From contig JAYGFR010000393.1 of the NCBI GenBank assembly GCA_046581755.1, positions 1 through 32,967 on the forward strand: 32,967 nt of DNA, written 5' to 3'. Each line of letters starts with the position of its first letter. The first letter of the stretch is position 1. The notes under the pieces were generated by a model, which made no database searches, was not told where the DNA came from, and saw only the letters and a program-made list of their open reading frames with translations. Below, in pieces: positions 8,495 through 19,387 of the stretch. The DNA is from Nitrospinota bacterium. Lineage in GTDB: Bacteria > UBA8248. The translations under genes and the position numbers were made by a program.

Positions 8495-10213
8495 ATGGAT
8501 ATCGAGATGGCCCGAGCGACCCAGGATTCGAATTTGCGCCTCCGGAGATGGGCCCTCCCGTGGCTCCACCTCGATGGCTGGACCCTCGGAGTGCTCCTGT
8601 TGACCGCCCTCATCGCCGCGCCGCTCGTCACGGTGTTCGTTTTGGCCGCGTCCCCCAGCGATAATATTTGGCAGCACCTCGCCTCCACCGTTCTTCCCCG
8701 CTACATCCGGACGACGATCTATCTCATGGCGGCCACCGGAATCGGCACCGCCGTCATCGGCATCGGCACTGCCTGGGTCGTTACCCTGTGCCGGTTTCCG
8801 GGAAAACGTATTTTCGAGTGGTCGCTGCTCCTTCCCCTGGCCATGCCGACCTACGTCGTGGCTTACGTATATACGGATATCCTAGAATTCGCCGGCCCGG
8901 TTCAGGAGCTTCTCCGCCATACCTTCGGCTGGACCTCGGGGCGGGATTACTGGTTTCCCGAAATCCGATCCCTCGGCGGCGCGGCTGCCATGATGACCCT
9001 CGTTCTTTACCCCTATGTGTATCTCCTCGCCCGGATCACCTTTCTCCAGCAATCCGTCTGCGTCCTGGAGGCCAGCCGGATTCTGGGGCGCGGCCCCTGG
9101 CACAGTTTTTTTTCGATCGCCCTGCCCCTCGCCCGGCCCTCGGTCGTGATCGGGGTGAGCCTGGTCCTGATGGAGACGCTCAACGATTTCGGGACGGTGG
9201 ATTTCTTTTCGGTCGAAACCCTGACAGCCGGGATCTACGATGTCTGGCTCAACATGAACAACACCGCCGGGGCGGCCCAGTTGGCCGTGGTCTCGCTGGC
9301 CTTCGTGCTTACCCTGATCGGGATTGAGCGCTGGTCCCGGAGGAGCCAGCGCTTCTACCACACGACCACCAAATACCGTTCGCTTCCGAGCTATCCCCTC
9401 GGCGGCCCCCGGGCGGCCCTGGCCTTTTTGGCCTGCCTGGCGCCCATCCTCATGGGATTCATGGTTCCCGCCGGCATTTTGCTCGACTACGCTGCGCGGT
9501 TCTACGAGGAAAGCATTTCGGCCAATTTTCTCATCTACGCCCGGAACAGCCTTGTCCTCGCCACGATCAGCGCCGTCCTCGCCGCGCTGCTCGGCCTGTT
9601 CATGGCCTACGGCGTCCGGTTGAGCCGGAACCCCCTCATGACGGCCGCCGCCCGGTTCGCGAGCATCGGATACGCCGTGCCGGGCGCCGTTCTCGGCGTG
9701 GGCGTCATCATCATCCTGGGCAGGGCTGACGCGGCGCTCGGCGGGATCGGCCGAAATCTATTCGGAATCGACGCGAGACTCCTCCTCAGCGGAAGCATCA
9801 TCGCCGTCACCTACGGCTATCTGGTCCGCTTTCTCGCGCTTTCATACGGAAGCGCCGAATCCAGCCTCGCCAAAATCACCCTCAACATGGACGGGGCCTC
9901 CCGCACCCTGGGCCTGGGCCCGGCCCGGACGCTTAAGCGCGTGCATTTGCCGATGATCCGGGGCAGCGTCCTGGCCGCCGCCATCTTGGTGTTCGTGGAT
10001 GTGATGAAGGAACTGCCGATGACGCTCATCCTCCGGCCGTTCAATTACGGAACCCTGGCCACCCACGTTCACCAGTTCGCCTCGGATGAAATGCTGGAGG
10101 AAAGCGCCCTGGGCGCGCTCATGATCGTGGCGGCGGGCATTTTGCCGGTCATCCTCCTCAGCGCGACGATTCGGGGGGCGCGGCCGGGCCAGATGGGCGG
10201 AGGGGCACCGTGA
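8495..10213 (+). CDS. fbpB: Fe3+ ABC transporter permease (two fused TM domains)
   Basis: LLPLAMPTYVVAYVY, YWFPEIRSLGG, EASRILG, GYAVPGAVL, MKELPMTLILRPFN. Confidence 0.92.
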   Translation: MDIEMARATQDSNLRLRRWALPWLHLDGWTLGVLLLTALIAAPLVTVFVLAASPSDNIWQHLASTVLPRYIRTTIYLMAATGIGTAVIGIGTAWVVTLCRFPGKRIFEWSLLLPLAMPTYVVAYVYTDILEFAGPVQELLRHTFGWTSGRDYWFPEIRSLGGAAAMMTLVLYPYVYLLARITFLQQSVCVLEASRILGRGPWHSFFSIALPLARPSVVIGVSLVLMETLNDFGTVDFFSVETLTAGIYDVWLNMNNTAGAAQLAVVSLAFVLTLIGIERWSRRSQRFYHTTTKYRSLPSYPLGGPRAALAFLACLAPILMGFMVPAGILLDYAARFYEESISANFLIYARNSLVLATISAVLAALLGLFMAYGVRLSRNPLMTAAARFASIGYAVPGAVLGVGVIIILGRADAALGGIGRNLFGIDARLLLSGSIIAVTYGYLVRFLALSYGSAESSLAKITLNMDGASRTLGLGPARTLKRVHLPMIRGSVLAAAILVFVDVMKELPMTLILRPFNYGTLATHVHQFASDEMLEESALGALMIVAAGILPVILLSATIRGARPGQMGGGAP

Positions 10214-11289
10214 GCGGACTTCTCCTCACTGATATCCGCCACGCATACGATGCCGCCAAGGTTATCCGCGGCGCATCGCTACGGGTCGAAGCCGGAGAAT
10301 TCGTCTGCCTGCTCGGCCCCTCGGGATGCGGAAAGACCACCCTGCTCAGAATCGCGGCGGGCCTGGAGCCCTTGCAGGCCGGGAGGGTCGAGATCGGCGG
10401 CGCGCTCGCCGCGGACGCGGTGTCCCGGTTTTCGGTGCCGCCCGAAAAGCGCGGAACCGGCCTCATGTTTCAGGACTATGCGCTGTTTCCGCACCTGACG
10501 GTTTTCGAGAACATCGTTTTCGGAATCCCCAAACCCTCGCCGGATCAACTCCGTGCGGCGCGCCAGGACATGGCCCAGATAGGCATCGCCGATCTGGGGG
10601 ACGCCTATCCCCACATGCTCTCGGGCGGGCAGCAGCAAAGGGTGGCCCTTCTTCGCGCCATGGCCCCCCGGCCCGGCGTCCTCCTTCTGGACGAGCCTTT
10701 TTCGGGCCTGGACATCAACCTTCGGGCGCAAATTCGGGAAGAGAGCCTATCCCTGCTCAAGAAAACCGAGGTGGCCACCCTCATGGTCACCCACGATCCG
10801 CAGGAGGCCATGTTCATGGCCGACCGCATCCTGGTGATGAACCGGGGGCGCATCGAGCAGGTCGGGACCCCCCGGGAGATTTACCAGTTTCCGGCCACCG
10901 AATTCATCGCCCGCTTCGTTGGCCAGACCAACATCCTTCCGGGCATCGTCCTCGATTCGGGGTACGATGAAATCATGACCTCCATCGGGGCGGTCCCCTG
11001 CCTATCGATGCGCGGACTCGAATTCGGGACCGACGCATTTATTTCGATCCGGCCGGAGAGTTTCACGCTCGATCCGGCGGGCCCGTTTCGGGCCATGGTC
11101 CGGGAAATCCGCTACGGCGGCCACTATGTGAGTTTCGTGGTGGAGCTACTCGAGGAGATCGGAAAAGGCCAGCTATTGCGGATTCACGCCCATCCGACGA
11201 GGCGGATCGACGTGGGCGAGACCATCCGCTTCCGGATCATTCCGGATTTCGTGACCGTCATCGAGGATGTGGACGAAAGCGGCGGTTGA
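10210..11289 (+). CDS. fbpC: Fe3+ ABC transporter ATP-binding protein
   Basis: GPSGCGKTT, FQDYALFPHL, LSGGQQQRVAL, LLLDEPF, VTHD; GTGA overlap with the permease. Confidence 0.92.
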   Translation: MSGLLLTDIRHAYDAAKVIRGASLRVEAGEFVCLLGPSGCGKTTLLRIAAGLEPLQAGRVEIGGALAADAVSRFSVPPEKRGTGLMFQDYALFPHLTVFENIVFGIPKPSPDQLRAARQDMAQIGIADLGDAYPHMLSGGQQQRVALLRAMAPRPGVLLLDEPFSGLDINLRAQIREESLSLLKKTEVATLMVTHDPQEAMFMADRILVMNRGRIEQVGTPREIYQFPATEFIARFVGQTNILPGIVLDSGYDEIMTSIGAVPCLSMRGLEFGTDAFISIRPESFTLDPAGPFRAMVREIRYGGHYVSFVVELLEEIGKGQLLRIHAHPTRRIDVGETIRFRIIPDFVTVIEDVDESGG

Positions 11290-11308
11290 GTGAAATCAGG
11301 CGGAGCGC

Positions 11309-11977
11309 CTATTTGAAAATGGGCGAAAAGTTTTTTTCAGCCACGATCTTATCGCCTTCGAAATCGAATCTCTTTCCCCGGGAATAATACCACCAGACCT
11401 CGGTCTTCGTTCCTTTCTCGGCTTTTCGGATCTCCTCGGCGATACCGTAGCGGCGGATGACGCGGGCCTTGGGCGAGCTCTTGGGATATGCGCGGATGGT
11501 TTTCTGCACCCGATCCCAGGCGCCATGAAAAGTCAGCTCATGGTCGAAGATGAACGGTTTCTTCGCTCTCACTTTCGCGGTGATATCGATTCGGGCCGGC
11601 CTGGCGAATCGAACCTCGTCGAAAAGCCCCAACAAATAGAAGCTCAGGTAAATCCTCCTCGAACCGGGCGGGGCCGCGAAAATCAGTCTGTACGTTCCGT
11701 CCGAGGCGGTGGTTCCCGAGACGAGCAGTTTGCCCCTTTTCAGGCCCAGGCGCGGATCGGACTGGAGGGGCCGCTTCGATGCGATAATCCGAACGGGCAG
11801 GCGCGCAACGGGGAACCCCAAGGAATTGGTGACGAGCCCGGCGATGACGATTTGGCCGGACGAGCGCGCCGCCTTGGCGGAGAATTTTGCCGGAGACGCG
11901 GCGCTCCCGCCGCACCCCGATAAAGCAAGGGAAACCAGCAGAAGAACTCCGCCGGCCTTTGCTCGAAACGTCTTCAT
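11309..11977 (-). CDS. Hypothetical lipoprotein
   Basis: Basic N-terminus, hydrophobic stretch and lipobox LSGC; ATGA overlap with the secA stop. Confidence 0.75.
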   Translation of the reverse strand: MKTFRAKAGGVLLLVSLALSGCGGSAASPAKFSAKAARSSGQIVIAGLVTNSLGFPVARLPVRIIASKRPLQSDPRLGLKRGKLLVSGTTASDGTYRLIFAAPPGSRRIYLSFYLLGLFDEVRFARPARIDITAKVRAKKPFIFDHELTFHGAWDRVQKTIRAYPKSSPKARVIRRYGIAEEIRKAEKGTKTEVWWYYSRGKRFDFEGDKIVAEKNFSPIFK

Positions 11978-14784
11978 CTCCCGCAGCAGTGCTTGTATTT
12001 TTTCCCGCTACCGCAGGGACAAGGCTGGTTTCGTCCGATCTTGGGGGAATCCCGCCGGACGGGCGTGGCCGTCTTGACCGCCGCCTCCACCTCGCCGTTC
12101 TCGAACGCTCCCACCTCGTCGTGGAACATATACATTTCCTGTTCGCGTTCGTAGTCCTCGAGCTGGATTCCGTCCTCCCGCACATCCAGCTTGTAGAGGT
12201 AGAGCAGGGTTTCGGAATCGATCCGGTCGTTGAGCGCCTCGAACATCTCGAAGGCCTCTTTTTTATACTCGTGCAGGGGATCGACCTGGGCGTATCCCCG
12301 GAGCCCGATTCCCTCCTTGACGTGTTCTATATTCGTCAGGTGGTCTTTCCACTGCGAGTCGAGGATCTGGAGATAGACGACGCGCTCCAGTTCGCGGACG
12401 ACCTCATCGTCGAACTCCTCGTATTTCAGCTTATACGTCTCCTCGATGAGCTGCTGCATCTTCTCCGCGACGAGATCGCGCGGTTCGTCCTCGATGTCGA
12501 TTTCGCAGGGAGGATGCGCAAACGTGATCTTCCGCGAATCGAGCTTTCCGGAAACGCCGAACTGGTGCTCGACCGAAACGAGGAAAGCCTCCAGGTCCCA
12601 ATCCTCGAAATGCTCGCTCTCGGGCAGGTGGACGCCGAGAAGGCTGTCGAGAATTCCATACGCAATGTCCTTGATTTGCTCCGAGATATCCGACCCCTGG
12701 AGGATGTCCTTCCGGAGATCGTAGATGACTTCGCGCTGCTTGTTCATGACGTCATCGTATTTCAGAATCTGCTTGCGCATCTCGAAGTGTTGGGCCTCGA
12801 CCCGCTTCTGGGCGTTTTCGATGGCGCGGGTCACCATCTTGGCCTCGATGGGAACGCCATCTTCCATGCCCAGCTTTTCCATGATTCCGCTGATCCGGTC
12901 GGAGCCGAAAATCCGCAGCAGGTCGTCCTCGAGCGAAAGATAAAAGCGCGAACTGCCCGGATCGCCCTGGCGGCCCGAACGGCCCCGCAGCTGATTGTCG
13001 ATTCGCCTGCTTTCGTGCCGCTCGGTGGCGATGACGTGAAGCCCCCCCGCCTCGACGACCTCGTCGTGCTCGTTTTTGCACTCGGCCCGGAACCGATCGA
13101 GGACCTTTTCGTATTCGGGGCCTTCGCTGGTCTGGGCCAGGGTGGCGGCCAGGAACTCGGGATTCCCCCCGAGGAGAATGTCCGTGCCGCGGCCCGCCAT
13201 GTTGGTGGAGATGGTCAGAGCGCCCTTCCTGCCGGCCTGGGCGATGATCTCGGCCTCGCCCTGGTGGTTTTTCGCGTTCAGGACATGATGAGAAATATTC
13301 CGCCCCTTGAGAATCGAGGAGAGCTTTTCGCTCTTTTCGATGTTGGTGGTGCCGACGAGGACGGGACGGCCCTCCTTGTTGCATTCGACAATTTCCCCGA
13401 TGACGGCATCAATCTTCTCCCGCTCGGTCCGGTAGACCTGATCCGGATACTCGTAGCGGATCAGATCGCAGTTGGTGGGAATCACCGAGACGCTCAGTTT
13501 GTAGATTTCCTGGAATTCGGCGGCCTCGGTGTCGGCCGTGCCGGTCATGCCCGCCAGCTTCTCGTAGAGGCGGAAATAATTCTGGAACGTGATGGTGGCG
13601 AGGGTGATGTTTTCTTCCTGGACCTTGACGTGCTCCTTAGCCTCGAGCGCCTGGTGGAGCCCGTCGCTGTACCTGCGGCCGGGCATGAGGCGGCCCGTGA
13701 ACTCATCGACGATGAGAACCTCGTCGTCCTTCACGACATAATCGATGTCCTTCTCGAAAATGGCGTGCGCCTTCAGGGCCTGGTCCACGTGATGAAGCAG
13801 CGTGATGCTGCTCATATCGTAAAGGCTCACCTCCGGCTCGAGGAGGCCGGCACGCTGGAGTATTTTTTCACTCTCGTGGACGCCTGTTTCCTTCAGGCTC
13901 ACCGTCCGCGTCTTTTCGTCCACAATCAGATACTCGTATTTTTTCTTGCTGATGTTGTCTTTTCCGCCCTCGACGTAATCGTCCGGACCGAGCGGCTCTT
14001 CTTCCTGCTCCTCGCTCTCGAGGAGCAGGGGCTTGATGAGGCCGTTGACCTGTCCGTACAGGCGGGTCGCCTCCTCGGCCGGGCCGCTGATGATGAGCGG
14101 GGTTCGGGCCTCGTCGATGAGAATGCTGTCCACCTCATCGACGATGCCGTAGTGGAGTTTCCCTTGAACGAAACTCCCCTCCTCGAATTTCATGTTGTCC
14201 CGCAGGTAATCGAACCCGTATTCGTTGTTCGTCCCGAAGGTGATGTCGGACGCGTAGGCCTCCTTGCGGTCCTCATCCTCCATGTCGTTCTGAATCACGC
14301 CGACGGTCAGCCCGAGGCCTTTGTAAATGCCGCCCATCCAGGCGGCGTCCCGCCTTGCCAGATAATCGTTCACGGTGATGATGTGGACGCCCTCGCCGGT
14401 CAGCGCGTTCAGGTAGGCCGGAAGCGTCGCGACGAGCGTTTTGCCCTCGCCCGTTTTCATCTCGGCGATCTTGCCCTGATGCAAGATGACGCCGCCGATG
14501 ATCTGGACGCCGAAATGGCGCATGTTGAGAAACCGCCGGCCCGCCTCCCGGACCAGGGCGAACGCCTCGGGAAGGATATCGTCAAGGGTTTCACCGGCCG
14601 CGAGGCGTTCCTTGAAGCGCGGCGTCTCGGCCCGCATTTCCTCGTCCGACATTTCCTGATAGCGCGGCTCGAGGGAATTCACCTCCTCGAGGATGGGATA
14701 TATTTTCTTCAACTCGCGCTCGTTGGCGGTTCCGAACACCGAACTGAGACTCGACAGGCCTTTTTCGAGAATCGACCCAAGCAT
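11974..14784 (-). CDS. secA: Preprotein translocase subunit SecA
   Basis: [64 protein letters not shown] and C-terminal SEC-C motif [13 protein letters not shown]. Confidence 0.99.
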   Translation of the reverse strand: MLGSILEKGLSSLSSVFGTANERELKKIYPILEEVNSLEPRYQEMSDEEMRAETPRFKERLAAGETLDDILPEAFALVREAGRRFLNMRHFGVQIIGGVILHQGKIAEMKTGEGKTLVATLPAYLNALTGEGVHIITVNDYLARRDAAWMGGIYKGLGLTVGVIQNDMEDEDRKEAYASDITFGTNNEYGFDYLRDNMKFEEGSFVQGKLHYGIVDEVDSILIDEARTPLIISGPAEEATRLYGQVNGLIKPLLLESEEQEEEPLGPDDYVEGGKDNISKKKYEYLIVDEKTRTVSLKETGVHESEKILQRAGLLEPEVSLYDMSSITLLHHVDQALKAHAIFEKDIDYVVKDDEVLIVDEFTGRLMPGRRYSDGLHQALEAKEHVKVQEENITLATITFQNYFRLYEKLAGMTGTADTEAAEFQEIYKLSVSVIPTNCDLIRYEYPDQVYRTEREKIDAVIGEIVECNKEGRPVLVGTTNIEKSEKLSSILKGRNISHHVLNAKNHQGEAEIIAQAGRKGALTISTNMAGRGTDILLGGNPEFLAATLAQTSEGPEYEKVLDRFRAECKNEHDEVVEAGGLHVIATERHESRRIDNQLRGRSGRQGDPGSSRFYLSLEDDLLRIFGSDRISGIMEKLGMEDGVPIEAKMVTRAIENAQKRVEAQHFEMRKQILKYDDVMNKQREVIYDLRKDILQGSDISEQIKDIAYGILDSLLGVHLPESEHFEDWDLEAFLVSVEHQFGVSGKLDSRKITFAHPPCEIDIEDEPRDLVAEKMQQLIEETYKLKYEEFDDEVVRELERVVYLQILDSQWKDHLTNIEHVKEGIGLRGYAQVDPLHEYKKEAFEMFEALNDRIDSETLLYLYKLDVREDGIQLEDYEREQEMYMFHDEVGAFENGEVEAAVKTATPVRRDSPKIGRNQPCPCGSGKKYKHCCGR

Positions 14785-14898
14785 GGCGCGCTCCAATAAA
14801 GTTTTGCCGGAAGGGGCAAAAACCGCCTCCGTTATTCCACCGCGTTAAATTACCACGAGAGATGATGCAGGAAAATCGACTTCAGGACGGAGAAACCA

Positions 14899-15804
14899 TT
14901 ATCTCCGGGCAACCGGGGTATCGACGATATAAATCATCGGATTCACCGCAACTCCGTTCAGGCGGACTTCGTAATGTAGATGGGGGCCCGTCGAGCGGCC
15001 CGTGGAACCCACCTGGGCCATGATATCGCCCCGCTTCACACGCATGCCCGCACGCACAAGATTCTTTTTCATATGGGCGTAACGCGTGACGATGCCCTGC
15101 ATATGCCGGATTTCGAGGACATTTCCGTACCCCCGCTCGCGCTTGGATTTAATCACCAACCCATCGGCGGGAGCCATGATCGGCGTTCCCGATCGGGCCA
15201 CGATGTCGATTCCGGAGTGGAATTCCCGGCGCCCGGTAAAGGGCGAGTAGCGCCTCCCGAAGCCGGAGGTGAGCCAGCCCCGGGCGGGCAAGACGGATGG
15301 CGTATGCGCGAGGGTCACCTTCTTTTCTCGGAACACGCTCACAAGGTCTTCGAACGCGCGTTGCTGGGAGGCGGCCCTGTGTTCCAGGTCCAGGAACTGG
15401 CGGTTCAGGCGGTTCACGAAGCGGCGTCCGGAGGGCGAAAGCCCCTCCATGCTCCCGGACTGATCGTCCTTGCTGATTCCGCCCAACCCGAATTCGCTTT
15501 GAAGGTCTCTCGGCTTCACCGAGGCCATGATGCGAAGCTGTTTTTCGAGCTTCTGCAATGATTCCAGGCTCCCGTCCAGGGCCTGAATCCGGTTTCCCAG
15601 ACTCTCGAGGAGTTTCTGGAGGGGCTGAAGGCGCAGGATTTTTCTTTCAAGGGATACGCGATCTTTGACGAGGAAAATACTGACGGCAATCAGCGAAAGG
15701 ACGCAAATGGCAGCAGCCCAAACCGTCCGGCTCGCGATTCCAAACCGGCGGGTGCCGCTCGACTTATCCGGAATGATGATGACGGTATATTTTTTACCGG
15801 CCAA
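14899..15804 (-). CDS. M23 family metallopeptidase with N-terminal TM segment and coiled coil
   Basis: HSGID, YAHM and GRSTGPHLHYEV motifs; sits upstream of secA. Confidence 0.92.
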   Translation of the reverse strand: MAGKKYTVIIIPDKSSGTRRFGIASRTVWAAAICVLSLIAVSIFLVKDRVSLERKILRLQPLQKLLESLGNRIQALDGSLESLQKLEKQLRIMASVKPRDLQSEFGLGGISKDDQSGSMEGLSPSGRRFVNRLNRQFLDLEHRAASQQRAFEDLVSVFREKKVTLAHTPSVLPARGWLTSGFGRRYSPFTGRREFHSGIDIVARSGTPIMAPADGLVIKSKRERGYGNVLEIRHMQGIVTRYAHMKKNLVRAGMRVKRGDIMAQVGSTGRSTGPHLHYEVRLNGVAVNPMIYIVDTPVARR

Positions 15805-15919
15805 CCCGGATCCTCCAATATATTATCAAGTTATGAGCGATACGATAAATAAACCAACTCGGCGAGAAGCAGACAACTATCCCCCTCGATTTTCCCCATC
15901 AAATGACCTAAAAACACGA

Positions 15920-15949
15920 AAACTAGCACCCACCCTCCGATGTTGTCAA
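15920..15949 (-). promoter_or_regulatory. sigma70-type promoter for M23-secA-lipoprotein
   Basis: TTGACA (15949-15944), 18 nt spacer, extended -10 TGcTAGTTT. Confidence 0.55.
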
Positions 15950-15992
15950 GGCCGGGCACCTAACAGATTGAAATCCCTCATGTTTCAAGGTT

Positions 15993-16823
15993 TCAAGGCA
16001 TTACCGCCCCGGAGTCAACGAGAAGCGCCTGGCCGGTGATGGTTCTCGCGTCCTCGCTGGCCAAAAAAGCCGCCACCCGGCCGATATCCTCGGGGGTCTG
16101 CTCCCGCTTGAGGGGGGTCGAATCGACGAAATAATCGAAAACCTGGCGGGGCGTCATCCCTTCCAGACGGGGGATTTTCTGGCCGTAAAGGGGGGCCAGC
16201 TTCTCCCACATGGGGGTCCATATGAGCCCGGGACAGACCGCGTTGGCCGTAATCCCGTGCCGGGCGGCCTCCCGCGCGAGGGCCTGGGTGAAATTGATAA
16301 CCGCCGCTTTGCTGGCGCTGTAGTGCGGGATGGCCTCGGTGCCGTGGCGGCCGGCGCGCGATGAGATGTTCACAATCCGGCCCCATTTATTTTCCACCAT
16401 CCCCGAAAGCGCCGCACGGCAAAGAAGGAACACTCCCTTGACGTTCACCTCGTAGGTGGCGTCCCAATCGGCCTCGGAAATATCGGAGAGCGGAAGGCCC
16501 AGCTTGAAATCCGGGCCGCCGATCACGCCCGCGTTGTTTACAAGGATATCAAGCCCCCCCAGATCGCTCCGCGTTTGCCCGATGGCGGCCTCGCAGGAGG
16601 CGGCGTCCGTGACATCGAGGTGCAGCGCCACCGCCTTGCCGCCGATGGCCTCTACTTCCTCACGGCACCGCCCGGCCCCTTCGAGGGAAATATCCGCCAG
16701 CGCAACGACGGCCCCCTCCTCGGCAAGGCAGAGCGCGATTCCGCGGCCGATCTCTCCCCCGGCGCCGGTCAGCAGCGCAACCCTCCCTTCGAGTCTCCGC
16801 CCCCGGGACGCCTCTCCGCTCAT
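15993..16823 (-). CDS. SDR family NAD-dependent oxidoreductase
   Basis: TGAGGEIG, LVNNAG, NISS, YSASK, NAVCPG; Asp at the end of beta2 (ALADI) suggests NAD(H). Confidence 0.93.
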   Translation of the reverse strand: MSGEASRGRRLEGRVALLTGAGGEIGRGIALCLAEEGAVVALADISLEGAGRCREEVEAIGGKAVALHLDVTDAASCEAAIGQTRSDLGGLDILVNNAGVIGGPDFKLGLPLSDISEADWDATYEVNVKGVFLLCRAALSGMVENKWGRIVNISSRAGRHGTEAIPHYSASKAAVINFTQALAREAARHGITANAVCPGLIWTPMWEKLAPLYGQKIPRLEGMTPRQVFDYFVDSTPLKREQTPEDIGRVAAFLASEDARTITGQALLVDSGAVMP

Positions 16824-16829
16824 CGCCCG

Positions 16830-17237
16830 CTACCCGGGCGACCCGAAGCCCGCCATGGAGCGGCCCTGGTCGATCCAACTTTCATACGCCTTGATCCCCT
16901 CGATAACGGCGGGCGCTCCGGCATAGGTGAACATCTGAATGACGACCTCGAAAATTTCCTTGTCCGATGCGCCGTAGCTGGCCGCCGCCGTGAAATGAGA
17001 GCGAAGCTGGTTGAACATGCCACTCACGCAGAGGGCGGCGATGGCGCAGAGCTCGCGCGTCTTGTGGTCGATGACATCCCGGTCATAAAGGCCGCCATGG
17101 ACCGTGCGCTGAAAAATCATGGAAAATTCGGGGTCGATCCGGTTGATGCGCTCGAAGAGCGCCTTCGTATAGCCCTCGCCGTACTGCGCATCGCCGCGCC
17201 TCAACGCCGGGGGATAGAATTTTTCGTCATCCGCCAT
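16830..17237 (-). CDS. Carboxymuconolactone decarboxylase (PcaC-like, no CxxC) family protein
   Basis: GGLYDRDVIDHKTRELCAIAAL, QLRSHF, EIFEVVIQMFTYAGAP. Confidence 0.85.
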   Translation of the reverse strand: MADDEKFYPPALRRGDAQYGEGYTKALFERINRIDPEFSMIFQRTVHGGLYDRDVIDHKTRELCAIAALCVSGMFNQLRSHFTAAASYGASDKEIFEVVIQMFTYAGAPAVIEGIKAYESWIDQGRSMAGFGSPG

Positions 17238-17282
17238 CCATGAACTCCTTATTTGGGCCGCGCGTCCCGCAGTGAATCGCGC

Positions 17283-18209
17283 CTATGCCTCGACCACCGG
17301 ATTCTTGAGCCGCCCGAGCCCCTCGACCTCGACCTCGACCACATCCCCGGGCTGCAGGAACGAGGGCGTCTCCCGCGCGTATCCCACCCCGGACGGTGTG
17401 CCGGTCAGGAAGATATCCCCCGGCTTCAGGGTAAGGCCCTCCGAGAGCGAGGCGAGCATCCCCGGAATATCGTGAATCATGTTCGCGGTCGTGGAGTCCT
17501 GGCGAAGCTCACCGTTCACCCAGCTTTTCAGCGTCTTTTTCATCGGGTCCCCGTAATCCTCTTTGGGGACGATAAAGGGGCCCAACGGGCAGGAGCGGTC
17601 GAGCGTTTTTCCCTTGAAAATCTGCTTGTGCCTGCGCTGAATGTCGCGGGCGGAAATATCGTTCGCGCAGCAGTACCCGAAAACGTGGGCATAGACCTCC
17701 TCGCGGGGAATGTTGATTCCGCTGCGCCCGATGATGACGGCGATCTCGACCTCGTAGTCGTATTTTTTCGAGCAATTATGCCTCGGAATCCCCGCGCCGT
17801 GGCCGATCAGGGTGGATGGCGCTTTCGTGAAGAAAATCGGCTCGTCGAGCTCGACCTTGTCCGTCTGAACCTCCTTGGCCTTGAGGCCCTCGTTCACGTG
17901 ATCCTTGTAGTTGAGGCCCATGCAGAGCACGTTCCGGCCCGGATTCGGGACCGGTGCCATGAACGCCACGTCGTCCGGGTCCATCAGAACGCCCGCCAGA
18001 TCGGCGGCGTTCTTTTCCGCATCGGCGGCCATGCCGCGCACCTCGGGTCCCAGCTCCTCCCAATTTTCGATCAACTCCACCATGCCGGCCGGGTTCAGGC
18101 CCCGCCGCCCCAGGATTCCGGCCAGCCGCGGGATGTGTCCGATTTTATCGCCCACATACACGCCGACCCTCGAAACCCCTCTGTAGTCGTATGTAAGAAG
18201 TTTCAGCAT
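17283..18209 (-). CDS. Fumarylacetoacetate hydrolase family protein
   Basis: CMGLNYKDH, DYEVEIA, NDISARDIQ, KGK, LKPGDIFLTGTPSGVG. Confidence 0.93.
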   Translation of the reverse strand: MLKLLTYDYRGVSRVGVYVGDKIGHIPRLAGILGRRGLNPAGMVELIENWEELGPEVRGMAADAEKNAADLAGVLMDPDDVAFMAPVPNPGRNVLCMGLNYKDHVNEGLKAKEVQTDKVELDEPIFFTKAPSTLIGHGAGIPRHNCSKKYDYEVEIAVIIGRSGINIPREEVYAHVFGYCCANDISARDIQRRHKQIFKGKTLDRSCPLGPFIVPKEDYGDPMKKTLKSWVNGELRQDSTTANMIHDIPGMLASLSEGLTLKPGDIFLTGTPSGVGYARETPSFLQPGDVVEVEVEGLGRLKNPVVEA

Positions 18210-18281
18210 CTCGCCTCCTCGAAAGCGTTCGCGCCGCCCGCGCAGCCTCGGGCACGGGGCGGCGAATGAAATGGATTCGCC

Positions 18282-19370
18282 CTAGAGGGCCGAATATTTT
18301 TTGACGGCATCGGGAGTGAATTCGAGGCCGTGCCCCGGCACGTCGGGCACCCGCATCATCCCGTCCTTGGCCGCGAACTCCCGCGTCAGCGCGCCGGGGG
18401 GGATGAGGTCCATGTACTCCACCATGAAACCGCTGGGGGAGGCCCCGATGAGGCTGACGGAAATTTCGTGCGCGAGGTGGCTGCTCAGGGAAAGGTTAAA
18501 GGAGTCGGCCAGGTGCGCTATTTTCCGAAACTCGGTGATGCCCCCGCAGCGGCACACATCCGGCTGAAGATAGCCCACCGCCCGGAGCTCGCACATCTCT
18601 CGGAAACCCCACCGCGCGTAATGGTTCTCTCCCGCGCCGATGGGGACCACGCTTTTCTCGGCCACCTCGGCCAGATCGTTGAGCGAATCCGCCAGCACGG
18701 GCTCCTCGAACCAGGCGATACCGTACTCGGCCAGCATGCTGGAGACCTCAACCGCCTCGCGCACGTTGTATTTTTGGTTCGCGTCGGCGAAGAGGGTGAT
18801 GTCCTCCCCCGCCTCCTGGCGAAGAAGCGCCGTCCGCTCCTCGTCCCGATCGGTTCCAATCTTGTACTTGTAGGCATTAAACCCCCGGCCGATGAATTCC
18901 TGGCACTCGGCAACCAGTTCCGCGTCGCTCAAAGTGTGCCATCCCCCGCTTGCGTAAACGGGAACATCCTCCCGGAAGCCGCCGAGCAGGCGGTGAATCG
19001 GCAGGCCCGCGGCCTTGCCCAGAATGTCCCAGCAGGCGATGTCCACGGCGGAAAGGGCCCAGAACCCAAGCCCCCCGCGCATGCGGGCCTTGTTCGGCCC
19101 CCAGAGCCGCTGCCAGAGGGCTTCGGGAGCCAGGGCGTCCTCCCCGATGGCCAGCGGGGCCAGTTCGTTCCGGATATAGGGAACGATGGCCGAACTGGCC
19201 GCCCCCCCGAGGCCCATCGAAAACCCGCAGCCGCTCGGACCGTCCTCGGTGTGAACGAACACGGCGGCGAAATCGATATGCGTATAGGTTCCGAGCGCGC
19301 TTCCGATCGGCTTCTCCAGCGGCAGCGCCATGGGCACCGCTTCGACGGCCCTGATTTTCAGTTTCGGCAT
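18282..19370 (-). CDS. Enolase superfamily protein, mandelate racemase subgroup (acid dehydratase/racemase)
   Basis: SAVDIACWDILGK, KxK (YKYKIG), DANQ, FEEP, GEN, QPD..RCGGIT, SSH; start MPKLK at 19370 after an RBS. Confidence 0.9.
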   Translation of the reverse strand: MPKLKIRAVEAVPMALPLEKPIGSALGTYTHIDFAAVFVHTEDGPSGCGFSMGLGGAASSAIVPYIRNELAPLAIGEDALAPEALWQRLWGPNKARMRGGLGFWALSAVDIACWDILGKAAGLPIHRLLGGFREDVPVYASGGWHTLSDAELVAECQEFIGRGFNAYKYKIGTDRDEERTALLRQEAGEDITLFADANQKYNVREAVEVSSMLAEYGIAWFEEPVLADSLNDLAEVAEKSVVPIGAGENHYARWGFREMCELRAVGYLQPDVCRCGGITEFRKIAHLADSFNLSLSSHLAHEISVSLIGASPSGFMVEYMDLIPPGALTREFAAKDGMMRVPDVPGHGLEFTPDAVKKYSAL

Positions 19371-19387
19371 TTCTGGAATCGTCTCCT

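Noticed and set aside
11887..14799. 970-aa plus-strand ORF
   Set aside because: Antisense shadow of secA with no motifs; long antisense frames are expected with high-GC codon bias. The same applies to 4106-5389, 19439-20797, 20846-22207 and 27329-29035.
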